From the NCBI GenBank assembly GCA_965178125.1, contig OZ237751.1:744001-808000 (forward strand): 64,000 nucleotides of DNA, written 5' to 3'. Shown piece after piece: positions 1 through 12,500 of the stretch (positions are counted from its first letter, which is position 1; every line of letters begins with the position of its first letter). The DNA is from Bilabrum cf. latius. Its lineage: Eukaryota. The position numbers were made by a program, and so were the translations under genes. The notes beneath the pieces were generated by a model that was not told the DNA's origin, did no database searches, and was given only the letters and a program-made list of their open reading frames with translations.

Positions 1-2902
1 CGCCAGACGCAGGATGCGAGTCGTACATGAGCACCTGCACGCCAACGCCCTCCGCCTGGGACGCGAAGGTGCGCTGGGCCTCTGCCAGCACGCCGGGCAC
101 GAGCGGGTTGGGTCTCTTGGTGATCTTGAGCCTGCCGGTCTCGATGTGCTGTAGGTCTAGCACATCGTTGAGGGTGGTCTGCATGGCCTCGGCGGCAGCA
201 TCGAGCGAGGGCAGGGTCTCGTCGAAGATCTCCACGGCCTCTCTCAACAGCTGAGTAGGTCCATCAGCAAGACCCAGGACAAACGCCGCGCCCATTTTGT
301 CATCCGTAACATCGCCAACAACTTGAACGTTGTCCGACCCTCGGCGTCGAGAACCGCGTCGTCGAATTGGATCTGTGGTGGATTGACGTCCAACTTGTCT
401 AGCGGCTATCTCTTTTTGCTGCAGTGCTGCTTCCAGTGCAAGCCTCACCGTCTTGGCTCCCTCCTGGCAGAAGTCTAGCCCTAGCACTACTGAGTTCAGA
501 GGCACCCTGCACTCGTGCGACAGGAACCGAACCCTCGACTGCAACGCAGCCCTCTGTTTCTCCGAGATGTCCATGGCGCGCTCCAGGTCATGCGATTGCC
601 TTGCGTACACATACACGCATCCAAGCAGCAGAGTTCTGAGAGCAAACATTATGAAACGAAGTGTAATGTCGACCGCAACGCTGGTGCGAGTGTACTCGGC
701 AGCCTTCACTCGAAGAAGTTGATCCACCGGTGCAGCCATCGTTGCTTCGGTGCAAGATTCTGACAGGGAGTCAACACCGGCAATCCTGGCCTGTGCGCAA
801 GCGCACAGCTCTGTCATGCGGAAGAGCGTCGCAGACATGATGGGAGTGAACAGCAGCTGCTCTGCCAGAATGAGCACGCATAAAGTCTTCAGCACCGAGC
901 CCAGCTGCGCAGATCTGTCCATACCGGCCTGTACGAGCGGGGATACTGACATTCGAATACCCTTTTGCACCCCGTCTTGCTTGCGCATCGACAGCAAATG
1001 CCTGGCCTCCATAGTTCCTGAACCCTCGCCACAGCAAGCGAGGGATCGCCGAGCAGTCACACATATCTCATGAAAGCTCTGGATGCCTTTCCATTCGAAA
1101 CGGCTCAGCGCAGCCCTCGATTCCGACAGAGTACTTTGAGTTGGAGGTGAAGGCATAGAAATGCGGACAGCTGGCCGACACCACTTCGGTAACCTGCCAC
1201 AGCAGCAGCACAAGCACCATCGCGCCAGGCGGGCCTCAACATCAAGAAGCTGACAAGGCCTATCGGCTCGCTTGTCGTTGTACCAGCGGTATACCTCCAT
1301 AGAAGCGTCCTGCGTCGCTTCATCCATGCCTCGGCTAGGTGTTGCCAACAGGACCAGGACACATACGACAGACACGGGGAACATGACGAACACACACACG
1401 CAGAATAGAGCCCAAAGAATCGTGAAAGCGCTCACGATGCTGAGGTCAAGAGCGCTAGGCACACTTTGGGATGCGATAGTGGCGTTAATGCCGCATAGCG
1501 TTAACTAGCCGTCATTATGAACCCCAATAGGCAACGCATTCGCTCGATTCTGGGGTGACATGGGACGCAGGACTTCAAGGAGGCTAAATACTAGCTGCGT
1601 CTCATCCAGCGAGGCAGTGCGCCCGCACAGGTGATTCTGATCCGCAAGAGCGACGCGATTCCAGAGAGGATTCAGATCAATAGACTGGCCATCGCCACCG
1701 TCGCCGCTACTATCACCACTGCCTCCGGAGCCGTCGCCTTGGACCATGCAGGCAGCACCGCCGTATCCAGAAGACATGGTCCACAGCTTGTTTGCGTGAT
1801 CAAACCACTGATCTACCTGGTACGCCGACCCATTGAAGTCGGCATTCTGTTCTTGCATATCGTCAATAGCACCAGTGAGCTCTGCCTGTCGTAGCAGCGA
1901 CAGGAACAGCACCGGCCTCCCGTTGCTGCCTCTGATGTCTGTGAGCATAGAGGCGGGTTTACCGGAGTACGTCGCGTTATCCAGACCATCAAACATAGAC
2001 TCCAGCTCCAAGAGTCCAGCGAGGCCCCCCTCCGCCACTGTATAGGACGCAGCGAACCTCGACAAGCCCACCGTCGCCGCTGCACCAAGATAGGCAAGGG
2101 ATGCGATGATGGCGGTTGCGGTGATGCACACAGTCCGACGAGCCTTCAGCTTGAACTCTACCGCTGGACGGGTAGCAGTTGTAGAACCTATAATCATCGA
2201 AATTACGATGGCGACGATGAAGGTCACCGTGGTGGTCCACGGCTAACCGAGCGTGGACTGCTTCAGCAGGTTGATAGACCGAATATCACCGACAGTGGCG
2301 GATTTTCCCGACAGTACCGCTGCTGTAATGGACAAAGAACCGATCAGGTACTGTAGAGGAGACCCCAAGCCGGTCACGATTGGCCCCGCGCCGAGAACAC
2401 CACCGCCAACAGACGTTGGCACATAAAAGAAGTACGACTCGGCCACGAACGCTGTGCATAGTAGCCACATCAAGACTGTCATGAGTGCATGTCGATCCCA
2501 CGTCGAGCAATCGATTGCTACAGACCTTGTCGTTCGATTCTATATCTCAATCAAGAGCAAGGCAGAGCTGCCGCACAACGCGAGTATCGTCATTGCTACG
2601 ACTAGTACCGACGTCGTTCCGATTGCTGTCTGGGCAGTACCAACAGCTTCTAAGTCGATTGAAGCCGATTCAAGCGTTTCTGTATCCCTTGGTACAGCAT
2701 CGGGCATATCAAAGTCGATGCTATAGCCGACGTCATAGCGCCATGTCGTCGAAACGCCAAACAGCGAAGCAATCGAGTCGATCAAGAAGACTGCCCCGAT
2801 CGTGAACGAAATTGCCCCTATAACTATACACCCGGCATAGCTAAATGTTGCCTAGCGCACCATTGTATCAAGCATATCAGCTCTCTCAACACTGGATTGC
2901 AT
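1..2902 (-). CDS. Membrane-bound histidine kinase, paralog A (3' end runs off the window)
   Basis: One frame from gccATG at 2902 (MQSSVERADML) to the window edge, interrupted only by 4 TAGs (2852, 2540, 2243, 1505). It has several TM segments and the H-box RVRFLSHECRVPLNSV (His codon 515-517), followed by TLNDVLDLQHIETG. Colinear with paralog B at 4601-9355. Confidence 0.9.
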
Positions 2903-3008
2903 GGCGGAACTTGATGGGCGACTCCCGCGAAACGATTGGCCTTTGCTTAACAAGCGCCGGCACGTCTCAGTGAATATTCGAAAGACTTAAATTTGGATGG
3001 AGTTCTTG

Positions 3009-3148
3009 TCGCTTAGGTGGGCCTCGAGTGATGAAACAATGAAGACTCAACAAGTGGGCGGTCGCAACCGCTCCGGTTGATCCGATTGGTCGCATCCGCC
3101 CACTTGTTGATCTTGTAAGTGCCACTCAGTGAGGATCTAATTAGGCGA
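3009..3148. repeat. Imperfect palindrome / possible MITE-like fold-back remnant
   Basis: Perfect 15-bp inverted repeat TCAACAAGTGGGCGG (3047-3061) / CCGCCCACTTGTTGA (3096-3110), with degenerate pairing extending outward to about 3009/3148. No TSD identified. Confidence 0.6.
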
Positions 3149-4190
3149 AATCGTCATTGCATTTCTGGTCCATCTGACACTCATCGAGGCGTCCTTTGGT
3201 TTGATGACCTGCACCGACCTGTCACCGGATGTGAATCTGGCTCAAGGTGACGATGACTTGATGAGGGAGGCAGGAAGTGCTGGCTACGGGCTGCACCTGA
3301 CCCCCAGCGTGCCAGACGACTGCCCCGCAGGAACAGCAAGCAGGCAACTATTGTCGGGCATTGATGTGTGCTGCTACATCCAGAAGGCATTGAATATCAT
3401 GTTTGGGGTGGGGATACCTGCCGTGGTGCTGCTGGCAGTGGGAATCCCTCTCGTGTCAGGGATCGGGCTGTGGTGCGTACGATACCGATTGGGGGAACTA
3501 GAAGTGCTAGCAACTCTAGGCTTTCTGATGAACGGATTCAGGCCAGAGACGAACTACTGGGAAGTGGTTATTATGGCACGAAAACTGGCCGTGGTGGCCA
3601 TCACGGTGCTTGTGGAGCCGTGGGGGGTGAGGGTGCAGACGTATTCGGCTCTGGCTGTCATCTTCGCCGCCGGGGTTCTGCGCGCCTTGCACTTCCCCTT
3701 TTCGAACCGTGAGCTAAATGCGCTGGAGCTGACTGCGCTGTGTTGCGCCTTTGTGACGTTTGAGGGAGGCTTGTTCCTCAAAGACCCGAACTCGGGCACG
3801 ACAACTGTGGTTGCGGCTACTGTAATGGTATTCTTCTCGAATTTTGCCGTGTTCTGCTCCGGCTTGTTCGTGATTCGGTCGCAGCTGTGGTCCTGTGCCA
3901 TGAGGTTCTGCCACGCATGCCAGCCGCGAGGGCGCCGCTGGCAGCAACGGCAGGCAGGTAGCCTCAATCCACAGGGACTGGGCAGGCGGCCAGACCCGGA
4001 ACAGTTCTCCTCCCAGCCAGACATTACGACACGCAACCCGTTGAATGCAGCAATTATGGTGCATTAGATGTCGAGTAGTAGCGGCGAAGTCGACGGTGTG
4101 GTTGGCAGGGGTGCTCGAGCTGCTGGGATGAGCGCCAGCGGCAGTAACGCGGACGGCGGGAGGGGCTGGTGCGGGGGCACAGTTCACTGA
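3141..4190 (+). pseudogene. 5'-truncated multi-TM protein (C-terminal membrane domain of protist large surface/TRP-like proteins)
   Basis: Motifs FLVHLTLIEASFGLMTC, GFLMNGFRPETNYWEVVIMARKLAVV and FPFSNRELNALEL. The homologous-looking sequence begins right after an in-frame TAA (3138-3140), upstream of the first ATG (3204), with no N-terminal domain. Reads through TAG 4065 to TGA 4188-4190. Could be a short functional gene instead. Confidence 0.55.
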
Positions 4191-4600
4191 ACGATGCTGA
4201 TGCGGCGGTCGGATACTTTCTGGTTGGAATGGCTAGCGGTCCGGGATGGCCCATTGCGCTAGGGGGGGGTGGCATGCTTTTCGGATGGATGAGGAATCCA
4301 TTGAGGATGCCGACGAGTTTCTTGAAGTCAGACGATTGTTTAGGCAGTGGCATAGCCGTGGTGTATTTGCTCAAAGCGCAACATTTGGTGTCGTCAGCTG
4401 CAGCAATTCAGGAGGCGATAATTTGTCGCAGTCTCGGCGTGTCCCAAAGTGTGAAAAATGAAGATATTTACAACGGAAAGGTGACACAGATTTCAATTGC
4501 TGTCCAACCTGAAGACGTAGAACTGGCCTTGTCAGTTTGATACGAAGCCGTTTGTTTTTCTATCCTTAGTTCTGCGTGGTGATTGCACTTGCGCAAGAAA

Positions 4601-7600
4601 ATGATTCAATCCAGTCGAGCAGCGGAATTGAACCGGATGGTCCGAAGAGCAACTTGCAGTGTTGCAGGCTTTCTGCTCTTGTTCATCGTAATTGTCATGT
4701 TTATAGTAACAATTTTAGTTGAGGTTGTGGCAGATGGCTTTCCTGAGGCGACAACATGGCACCAAAGCAAGGCATACTCAGCAGAATTTACAATTCCAAG
4801 CTTGCTGCCCCTTGATGGCTCCAAGTATCCGCATCCGGACGGATTCGTCGGTGGTGTTCAAGCCGGCTAGTCTGCTGTCGCAACTGCGGGATGGCTTGTG
4901 ATCTGCTGGGGCATAGCGGGGTTCGTCGGCAGCTCCGTTCTACTGTGCAACGAAATCTGGAAAAGGCGAACCTTTGCCTCGGACTGCAATGAATGCACCA
5001 GCGAGACAGTGTGGGACAGACATGGCTTAATGACTGTATTGTTGTGGCTGGTTTGCGTAAGTCTCTTGTGCGAGAGCTACTACTGGTACATGCCCCAAAC
5101 TTCTGCTGGAGGAGTCCTCGGCAATGGGGCAGTGATCGCATATTAGCCGTCTGCACAGAGCCAGTACGATCTCTTTGGATCCATTATGTCGGCTTGGGCA
5201 AGAGGGGCCGCTGCTACGGTGGGGGAGATCGCAGTGGCGGACGTGTCTCAGATCGGCACCGTGGTGCAGCTCTGGGCAATGGCGTCAACGATCGCGCTTG
5301 CTCTAGTGGTATCAATGATTATCGGCGCAACAACTGCCGCACGCCCTACTGTGGAGTTTGCACTGAAGCGCAGCAGAGCCATCTGGATCATTGTCGCAGC
5401 GTCGCTGACCGGGTGCATTTACGTGGGGACTGCTGTTGCCCTCGGCACCACCAGGCTGGGCTCATCATTAGCAGTCGCAGACACAGGCGTGCAGGCATTG
5501 GACTATGTTGAGTCACACCTAAGCCAATTGGGCAACGCGACTTACTCCGGTAAACCCGCCTCTATGCTCACAGACATCAGAGGCAGCAACGGGAGGCCGG
5601 TGCTGTTCCTGACGATGCTACGACAGGCAGAACTCACGGAGAGGGAATCCCTCAATGAATCCAGTGTATCATTATTGGGAGCTGCTCGAGCTATATCTTC
5701 CATCGCTGAGCTCGATGCTCGAGGTCACCCTGATCCTGACTTGCTTGTCGCCCCGCTATACAACAGGCAGGCTGCAGGCGACCACCTGCAGTGGTGCATG
5801 TCGTACGCCACACAAGCCGAAGCAGCCGCAGCCCTGTATGCTAAGCATGTCATTCAGAAAGCTGCTGATCGAGGCGTCAATGTTAGTCTTCCTATCGTCA
5901 TTCCTGGTCTCGCAACGACTGGCGCCCCTGATGCCCACACGTACGGCAGGCAAGCGATCCTTGAAATAGAGGCAAATGACAGCTCCGGGTCACAGGCAAT
6001 GTTCGCAATATTTACATTGTTAGGCCTTCCAAACACTATTATTCTACTTTATGTCCTCGTGTTTACTCCCAGTCGCGGCATGGATGAGGCGACCCAAGAT
6101 GCGGCAGCTGAGGTACAAGCATGGGCAGCTGATAGAAATGCACGGGCGGGTCGCAGGTGCCAACTGCTAGACGCAGAGCACGTTTTCGCCTAGTTCGCTA
6201 CATGGACTTGCTGCTGCGGCAAATTGCCACCCATGTGCGCTCCTGCAGTGTCAATTACTGGTCGCTGGCAAGCAGATCGCCACGAGACCGACTGCGGGCC
6301 GTGCAAACCGAATCTTGATGCAACGGCAGCCTTCCACGAGGTCGTCGTGACTTCTGCGCGTGCGGTTTGGTGCTGCGGCTCGGGTATTGCAGGTGCAGAG
6401 GCCCAACATTTCATGTCGCTTCGATCCGACAAGGCAGGCGGTCAACGAGCCTTCCGCTCCACTGTTTCGCCGCTCGTGAAAGCCGGCATGGACAGGGCTG
6501 CATAGCTTGGCTCAACCCTGAAGATCGTAGCTATGCTGATGACTATCGCAATATTTTTGATGAACGAGATCCAATCTAAAGCAACGTTTGATATTATTGA
6601 TGTCTGCACGTGCTCGTACGTCCAAATCGCGGGACTAGAATCCATGTGGGATATGTATCGCTGTCCTGACGCGCTTACTGAACCAGTAGAGCAGTCTATG
6701 GCGGAGCAGGCTAAGATGGGCTTGAACCGGCTCGTGACTGCGGACCTACTCATTCGGATTTTTAGCGTGGCATTGCGTGTTGTTTTTGTGAGCACGGTGT
6801 ATGTGTACGCCCGCCAATCCCGTGAGCTAGAGCGCGCCATGGACATCTCAGAGAGGCAGAGGGCCGCGCTGCAGTCGAGGGTTCGGTTCCTGTCGCACGA
6901 GTGCAGGGTGCCTCTGAACTCAGTAGTGCTAGGGCTGGACTTCTGCCAGGACGGAGCCAAGACGGTGCGTCGTGCTGCCAGCTTGCTTCGCAATAGAGTG
7001 CACAGGCCAGGTCGCCAGCAAATTTCACAAGATGCGATGCCAGGATCTCCGGAATCCGGTGAGCATGCTAGCATTGAAATGTGTACTGAAGTGTCTGGTC
7101 TGCTTCAAGAGGCCGTGGAGATCTTCGACGAGACCCTGCCCTCCCTCGATGCTGCCGCCGAGGCCATGTAGACCACTCTCAACGACGTGCTAGACCTACA
7201 GCACATCGAGACCGGCAGGCTCAAGATCACCAAGAGACCCAACCCGCTCGTGCCCGGCGTGCTGGCAGAGGCCCAGCGCACCTTCGCGTCCCAGGCGGAG
7301 GGCGTTGGCGTGCAGGTGCTCATGTACGACTCGCATCCTGCGTCTGGCGGCAGCTTCACGTGCGACCCTGTGCGGATCCGGGGGGCTCTGTACAACTACG
7401 CATCGAATGCGTTGAAGTGGTCTCGGCCGGACGAGAAGCTGGTGAAGCGTCTGAGCGACCTGCAGGTGCGGGGTCGTGGTGATTCAGCTCAGCGTCCGCG
7501 TATCGTGTTTGGGTCGAGCGAGGTGCCACCTCACCTGTGGGGTGTGTCTGAATGGCAGAAGGCAGTGGGCGGGCTGGGAGAGGACCTAGCAGGTAAGCTG

Positions 7601-9355
7601 CACTCGATAGTGGCATCTAGTAAACAGGGCATGCGTGCACGCATGACAGCCTACGGCTTTGATACCAGTGGAGAAGTAAGTTCAGATCAGTCAACAACCA
7701 AACGAGCTCGAAGAGGTCGTGGAGCGGAGCCCGATGACGGCATCAGTGCTCGATCCATGTCCTCCTCTGTTGCTCCTTTGGATGCCATGGGCTCATCGAT
7801 AGACTCGTGTGCATCGGGGGGCATTTCTGGCGTGTATTCGGACGGGTAGGCAGCTGCACACCAAGGCTCTGTGGATACTTAGCACCAGCCGCCGGGGATT
7901 CGATTCGGAAACATGCCCATGGTACCATCGATGTCGATAGAGGCTGACACTGAGTTGTTGCCTAGTTCAGAGCAGCTAATCGACCCCTAGGTCTAGTCGA
8001 CAGGCGATGGGCCCACCTTGCTTGCAAGCCAGGATGTATCGCATGAATCTGTGGCTCAAATAGCGCCCGACACCATCGATGTCTATGATGGTTTGCGCCA
8101 TGAGTGGCCGTGCCCCGTAGTACAACCGGAGCTAGGCATTCCAAGGCCTCAATCGAGATAGCAGTCAGTGGTTCGTGGAGATTCTAGAGTAGATCGTTCC
8201 GGTGGTGCAGGTCACATCGCGATGCTGCCCACGACGCTTAGTTCGACTTTGCGGCAAGACTCTGACAAGTTTGTGTCTTTGTGGGTGCTCGATGAGGGGC
8301 CCGGCATCCATCGCAAGGACTGGGGCAAGGTCTTCACCCCCTTCGAGACGCTGCACTCGGGGATCCTCACGGCGGAGGGGCAGGGGTCCGGGCTGGGGCT
8401 GGCCATCACGGCGACGGTGATCCGCATGCACGGGGGCTGCGTGGGCTTTTCGTCTCGTGCTGGAGTGGGCAGCGTGTTCTTTGTATGGCTGAGGATGGGT
8501 GTCCAGCCCCCTGGGCCGCATGATCCCGACTCACGAGGGAGTCCAAGAACACGGCAGCTGGACGAGCTGTCCAGTGCTGTAACAAGTGCTGATGGTGCGC
8601 GAGCGCGAGTATCCCAACCATTCAAGGAAGGTGGCACCTTAGGACAAATGCGGGCTTCTACAAGTGCCAGGCCGGCAGTGGAGCCGACCTAGAGCACAGC
8701 GGCAGACAGTGCCACCCAATCGTCGAACCAATCAACCTCAACAAAACGAAGACGGAGGGTCGTCAAGCGCAAAAAAATCTAGCTAGAAAAGAGAGGCTCT
8801 TAGGGGTATAGTGTTGGCACCTCCGAACCCCAACAAGTATCTCGAATGGCGACTGATGATGCTTCGTCTGGAAAGGCACTACCTAGTTCTGCAGTGGACC
8901 AGGGCACCGTCCTTGTGGTGGACGACAGCCGCACCAACCGGCTCTTCCTCTCCCGCATGGTGCGCACCGTGGATCGATCCATTCAGGTGCTCACGGCCAG
9001 CGACGGGCAGGAGGGGCTGGACCTGCTGAGGCAGAGGGCCAGGGAGCAGCAGGCCGAGGAGACTGGTGTTGAGGGTGCTGCTGGCGGTGGCAGTGCGGCT
9101 GCCTTGAAGCCCGTGGTGGATCTGGTGCTGCTGGACTTCTCGATGCCGCGCATGTCGGGGCCTGAGATGGCACAGGCTGTGCGAGGCGATGGGGACGAGA
9201 GGGTGCGTGGGGTGCGGATTGTGGGTGTGACTGGGAATGCTCTGCCGGAGGATCAGGCTTTGTTCCGATCGAGCGGGGCAGAGGAAATTCTTTGCAAGCC
9301 GGTGCGGAGGGCGCAGATCGAGAAGGTGATTGGGTCATTAGTAGCAAGGGTATAA
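4601..9355 (+). CDS. Hybrid sensor histidine kinase, paralog B (multi-TM sensor, HisKA, HATPase_c, receiver), ~1584 aa
   Basis: Eight tracked ORFs in one frame, joined through 13 TAGs, ending at TAA 9353-9355. H-box FLSHECRVPLN, N-box ALYNYASNALKW, G1 WVLDEGPGI, F-box VFTPF, G2 GSGLGLAI. Receiver motifs VVDDS, LVLLDFSMPRMSG, VTGNA, LCKP. Confidence 0.93.
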
Positions 9356-9532
9356 TCAATTCCATCGCTCAGGACCTAAATTTATTTTTATAGTTGTTTT
9401 TCTGAACTCGCGCAAGTAAATCGCCCGGGTCATGGAGGCCTAAAGGGTACAGTGGGGGAACAATCTAAGCTGATACCAAAAAGTATGAAAGTGTGTGCAC
9501 TATCAGACAAGCAAAAAAGTTCCTGGTCCAAT

Positions 9533-12500
9533 TCAATCTCGGTCAATGTATGAATCGTCACTATCGCTCTCCTCCGAGTCGCTGCCTAACTCGGACACGC
9601 CTGCATCTGCCTCTTCGGCGTCGCCATCAAAACCACCGATGGCGTCGTCTTGTGACTGCATGCGTGGGTGCTGCAACAACAGCACCTTCGCCTACTCCGC
9701 CGTGACCTCCTCTACCTCCTCATCATCGTCATCTGAGTCAATGCCGCTCCCCTGTCCCGCATCCTCTTCGTCGTCGGCTTCTAGCCGAGCCTTACCACTG
9801 GTTGCTTCACCCTCATCTTCATCTTGGCCGCTTCGCTCGTCCTCATCCTCCATCGCATGCTGGCCTGAGGCATCCTGGAGCTGCCTGCTCTAGAGCCCAC
9901 TGGATCTAGATCGCCTTGGGAAGGCCACTGCACTCATCAGTGCGACCGATGCTGGACCGAGCCCTAGCAGATAGTTGGCGTCCTGAGCCACACGGGCTTC
10001 GTCGCTGGTAGGCTCGTGCAGGTCGGGCACCTCAGTGTCGCCCTGTGGCTCCGACCTGGCCATGCAGCAGTACAATCGTCGGGACGCCGACTAAAACGCG
10101 GACTGTAGCTCTTCCTCTCCAGAAATCCCGCCCAGATTCTACTGGAGCCATTCAGGCATGGCCGCGAGAAGCAAAATAGCAGGTCGCGAGACGACCAATC
10201 CTTCAGCAAGTGGTCTCCAGCTTCGTTTGCACTCGCTGATAGAATCGTCGACACTGCATTCGCTGTACTGGCTTGACAGCCACATGCAATGGCCGCCAAG
10301 AATGGCCTCCCTGGCGAGAGCGAATTCTGTGCGGGGCTAGCATCCTGTTGGTGTGTCGCACGCTATCAAGCCCCCGCAGTGCAGGATAAGAAGTAGTCCG
10401 TGTACATCCGTTGGCGACAGCCAGGGGAACAAGTTGCGCAGCTCAGATTCCGGCGCAGACGGATAGGCTCTGACAGCGCGGTACATCCCGTGCAGCAGAC
10501 CAGCGAGGAGCCGCACATTCCACCTTGACCCTCCGCGAGGGTCCGTCCAGACGCGAGCAGGCCGCAGCCCGTCTGCTAGTACGCGTGCCCTGCATGCCAC
10601 CCTGGCAGGGTTTGGGATGTACACAGTAGGACTTGAAAAGTCCTTCGTCGTTGATCGCGCTACCACGTCCAGCTCTCGAAACGCCAAACTACCAGTCTAT
10701 GCCATACCTGCTAGATTGGCCACACTGCGGCGATCCACGGCTTGACTGACAAGCTCGATGCCATACTGTACAATACCACCGGATGACCTGCCCATTGCCT
10801 CCTCTCTATCCGCATGGCTCTGGGCAGAGTCAGTCCTCTCCAATTTGGCTGTCTCATCAAGTTCGCTCTTGTCTGACACTGCGACGGTCCTGCTCCCGTG
10901 GAAAGAGGCGTGGGAGGCCTCGACCAGCAGTGGCCCATGCATGCCGCAGACAACTTGCGCTTGACCCCGCAGCACCAGCACTGCCCAAGCCTGCTTGCAC
11001 GGCTTAAAGTACCGAAGCAGGTCGATTGCGTCAGAGCTGCTGCTCACTGCGGACGCGGCGGACGCACCTCGTTGCAGTGATTCCCTGACAAGTTCCATGG
11101 CACGTCGCAGCGCCAGGCCTTCCAAGCCGCGAGACGCGCACGCGCTCATCACAGCAGAAACGACAGCATCCATACTGCTGCTGTCCAAGCCTTCCAAGGA
11201 AAGCTCGCCAGCGTCCGATGGTGACGTTCGAGGCTTCTTCTGGGCAGATGCCATTGCGCTGGCCGTGGGACCACATCTAATCTCGGATCCGCTTCTTCCA
11301 CGCTTGCTGCCCAGAGCGGGGCTGCGTGCTCCGTCCGAAGTTATCGAAGCATGATCTGTGCCGCCGGTCGATTGCCTTCTTTCTCGAGCTATGGCAAGCT
11401 GCCGTACAACATAGTCTGGCCTCTGCATTGCGACATACTGTGCTTTGCTGCCCTGAGCGGTACTGTGCAGAATGACCCTGAGATCGTGCGCTGCTGCCGC
11501 CCGCGTGCGAATCAGTCGATCTGCCAGCCTCGTGTTGCTGTCAATCAGGAAGGAAACATGACCATTCACAGGCGGGAGTATCTCCAGTGTCTCAAAGCCA
11601 CTCGAAAGCAGTCGGTTGAACACGGCAGAAGTTGCCAGGTCGATAGAGACCGAATCGTTCGCGACGAGATCAACGTAAGGTACTCGGTTGCCAACTGCGC
11701 TTCTGCCGCCGGCTGCATCGCGGATGACAGACATGTGTACCGATGCCCGACTCGGCGGACTAGATGCACCCAAAGCCGCTCCCGATGAGCGGGTTGAACC
11801 TGACTGCTACGGGGCCACTTGCCTTTGGAGGTGCCTCAGCACGGAGGAAGTCACCGCCCTGGCTGCAACCAAGGACAAACGCTTGCTCTGCGGGGAAGTG
11901 GCGTCACGGATGAGCCTGGCTAGCATCGCAATATCTGCGGCGCGGTCGTTCAAGCCCGGCTTGACCTGCATAGGATGACCCGCCAGAGCCAGTGCAACCT
12001 GGGCGGCAATCTCGCAGTGGACAGATGGAAGTACATCGTGCAGCCAATCAGTCTTGTGGACCGAAGACGATAATACAGTCGTGTATCCCAGCATGCCTGC
12101 GGTTCCTGGGGGCGACTCTGCAGGCCAGGACGGCACTATGGCTGCGGCGAGCTCACTCGAAGCGGCAGGTGCAATCCCGCTGGTGATCGCATCGATCTGG
12201 GCTGCGTTGCCTCGGCTTGCAAGTGGCACCAATCGAGCCAACCTATGCGATGCGCTGGCAGTTCGGCGGCTGTCAAGTCTGAAGGCCAACTCGTGCGAGG
12301 TCCTCACGTCTGCCGGCACTGCTACGGCGGAGCCTGCTCCTCGCGCAGGAGCAGCCGGCATGTTGGCACTCCTTGGTGGACTCGAAGGCAAGAAGGCTCC
12401 AATGCCACCGATCGTGCCTAGAGCCGAGTCCTCGCTGCCCTGCCCAGCTGCAGAGGCCGATGCGGCGTCTGCATCAGCCCGTCCCACTTGTGGCTAGGTT

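Noticed and set aside
4601-9355. Bacterial origin or contamination suggested by the histidine kinases and sirtuin
   Set aside because: They share the TAG usage and composition of flanking intron-containing eukaryotic genes. There is no operon structure.
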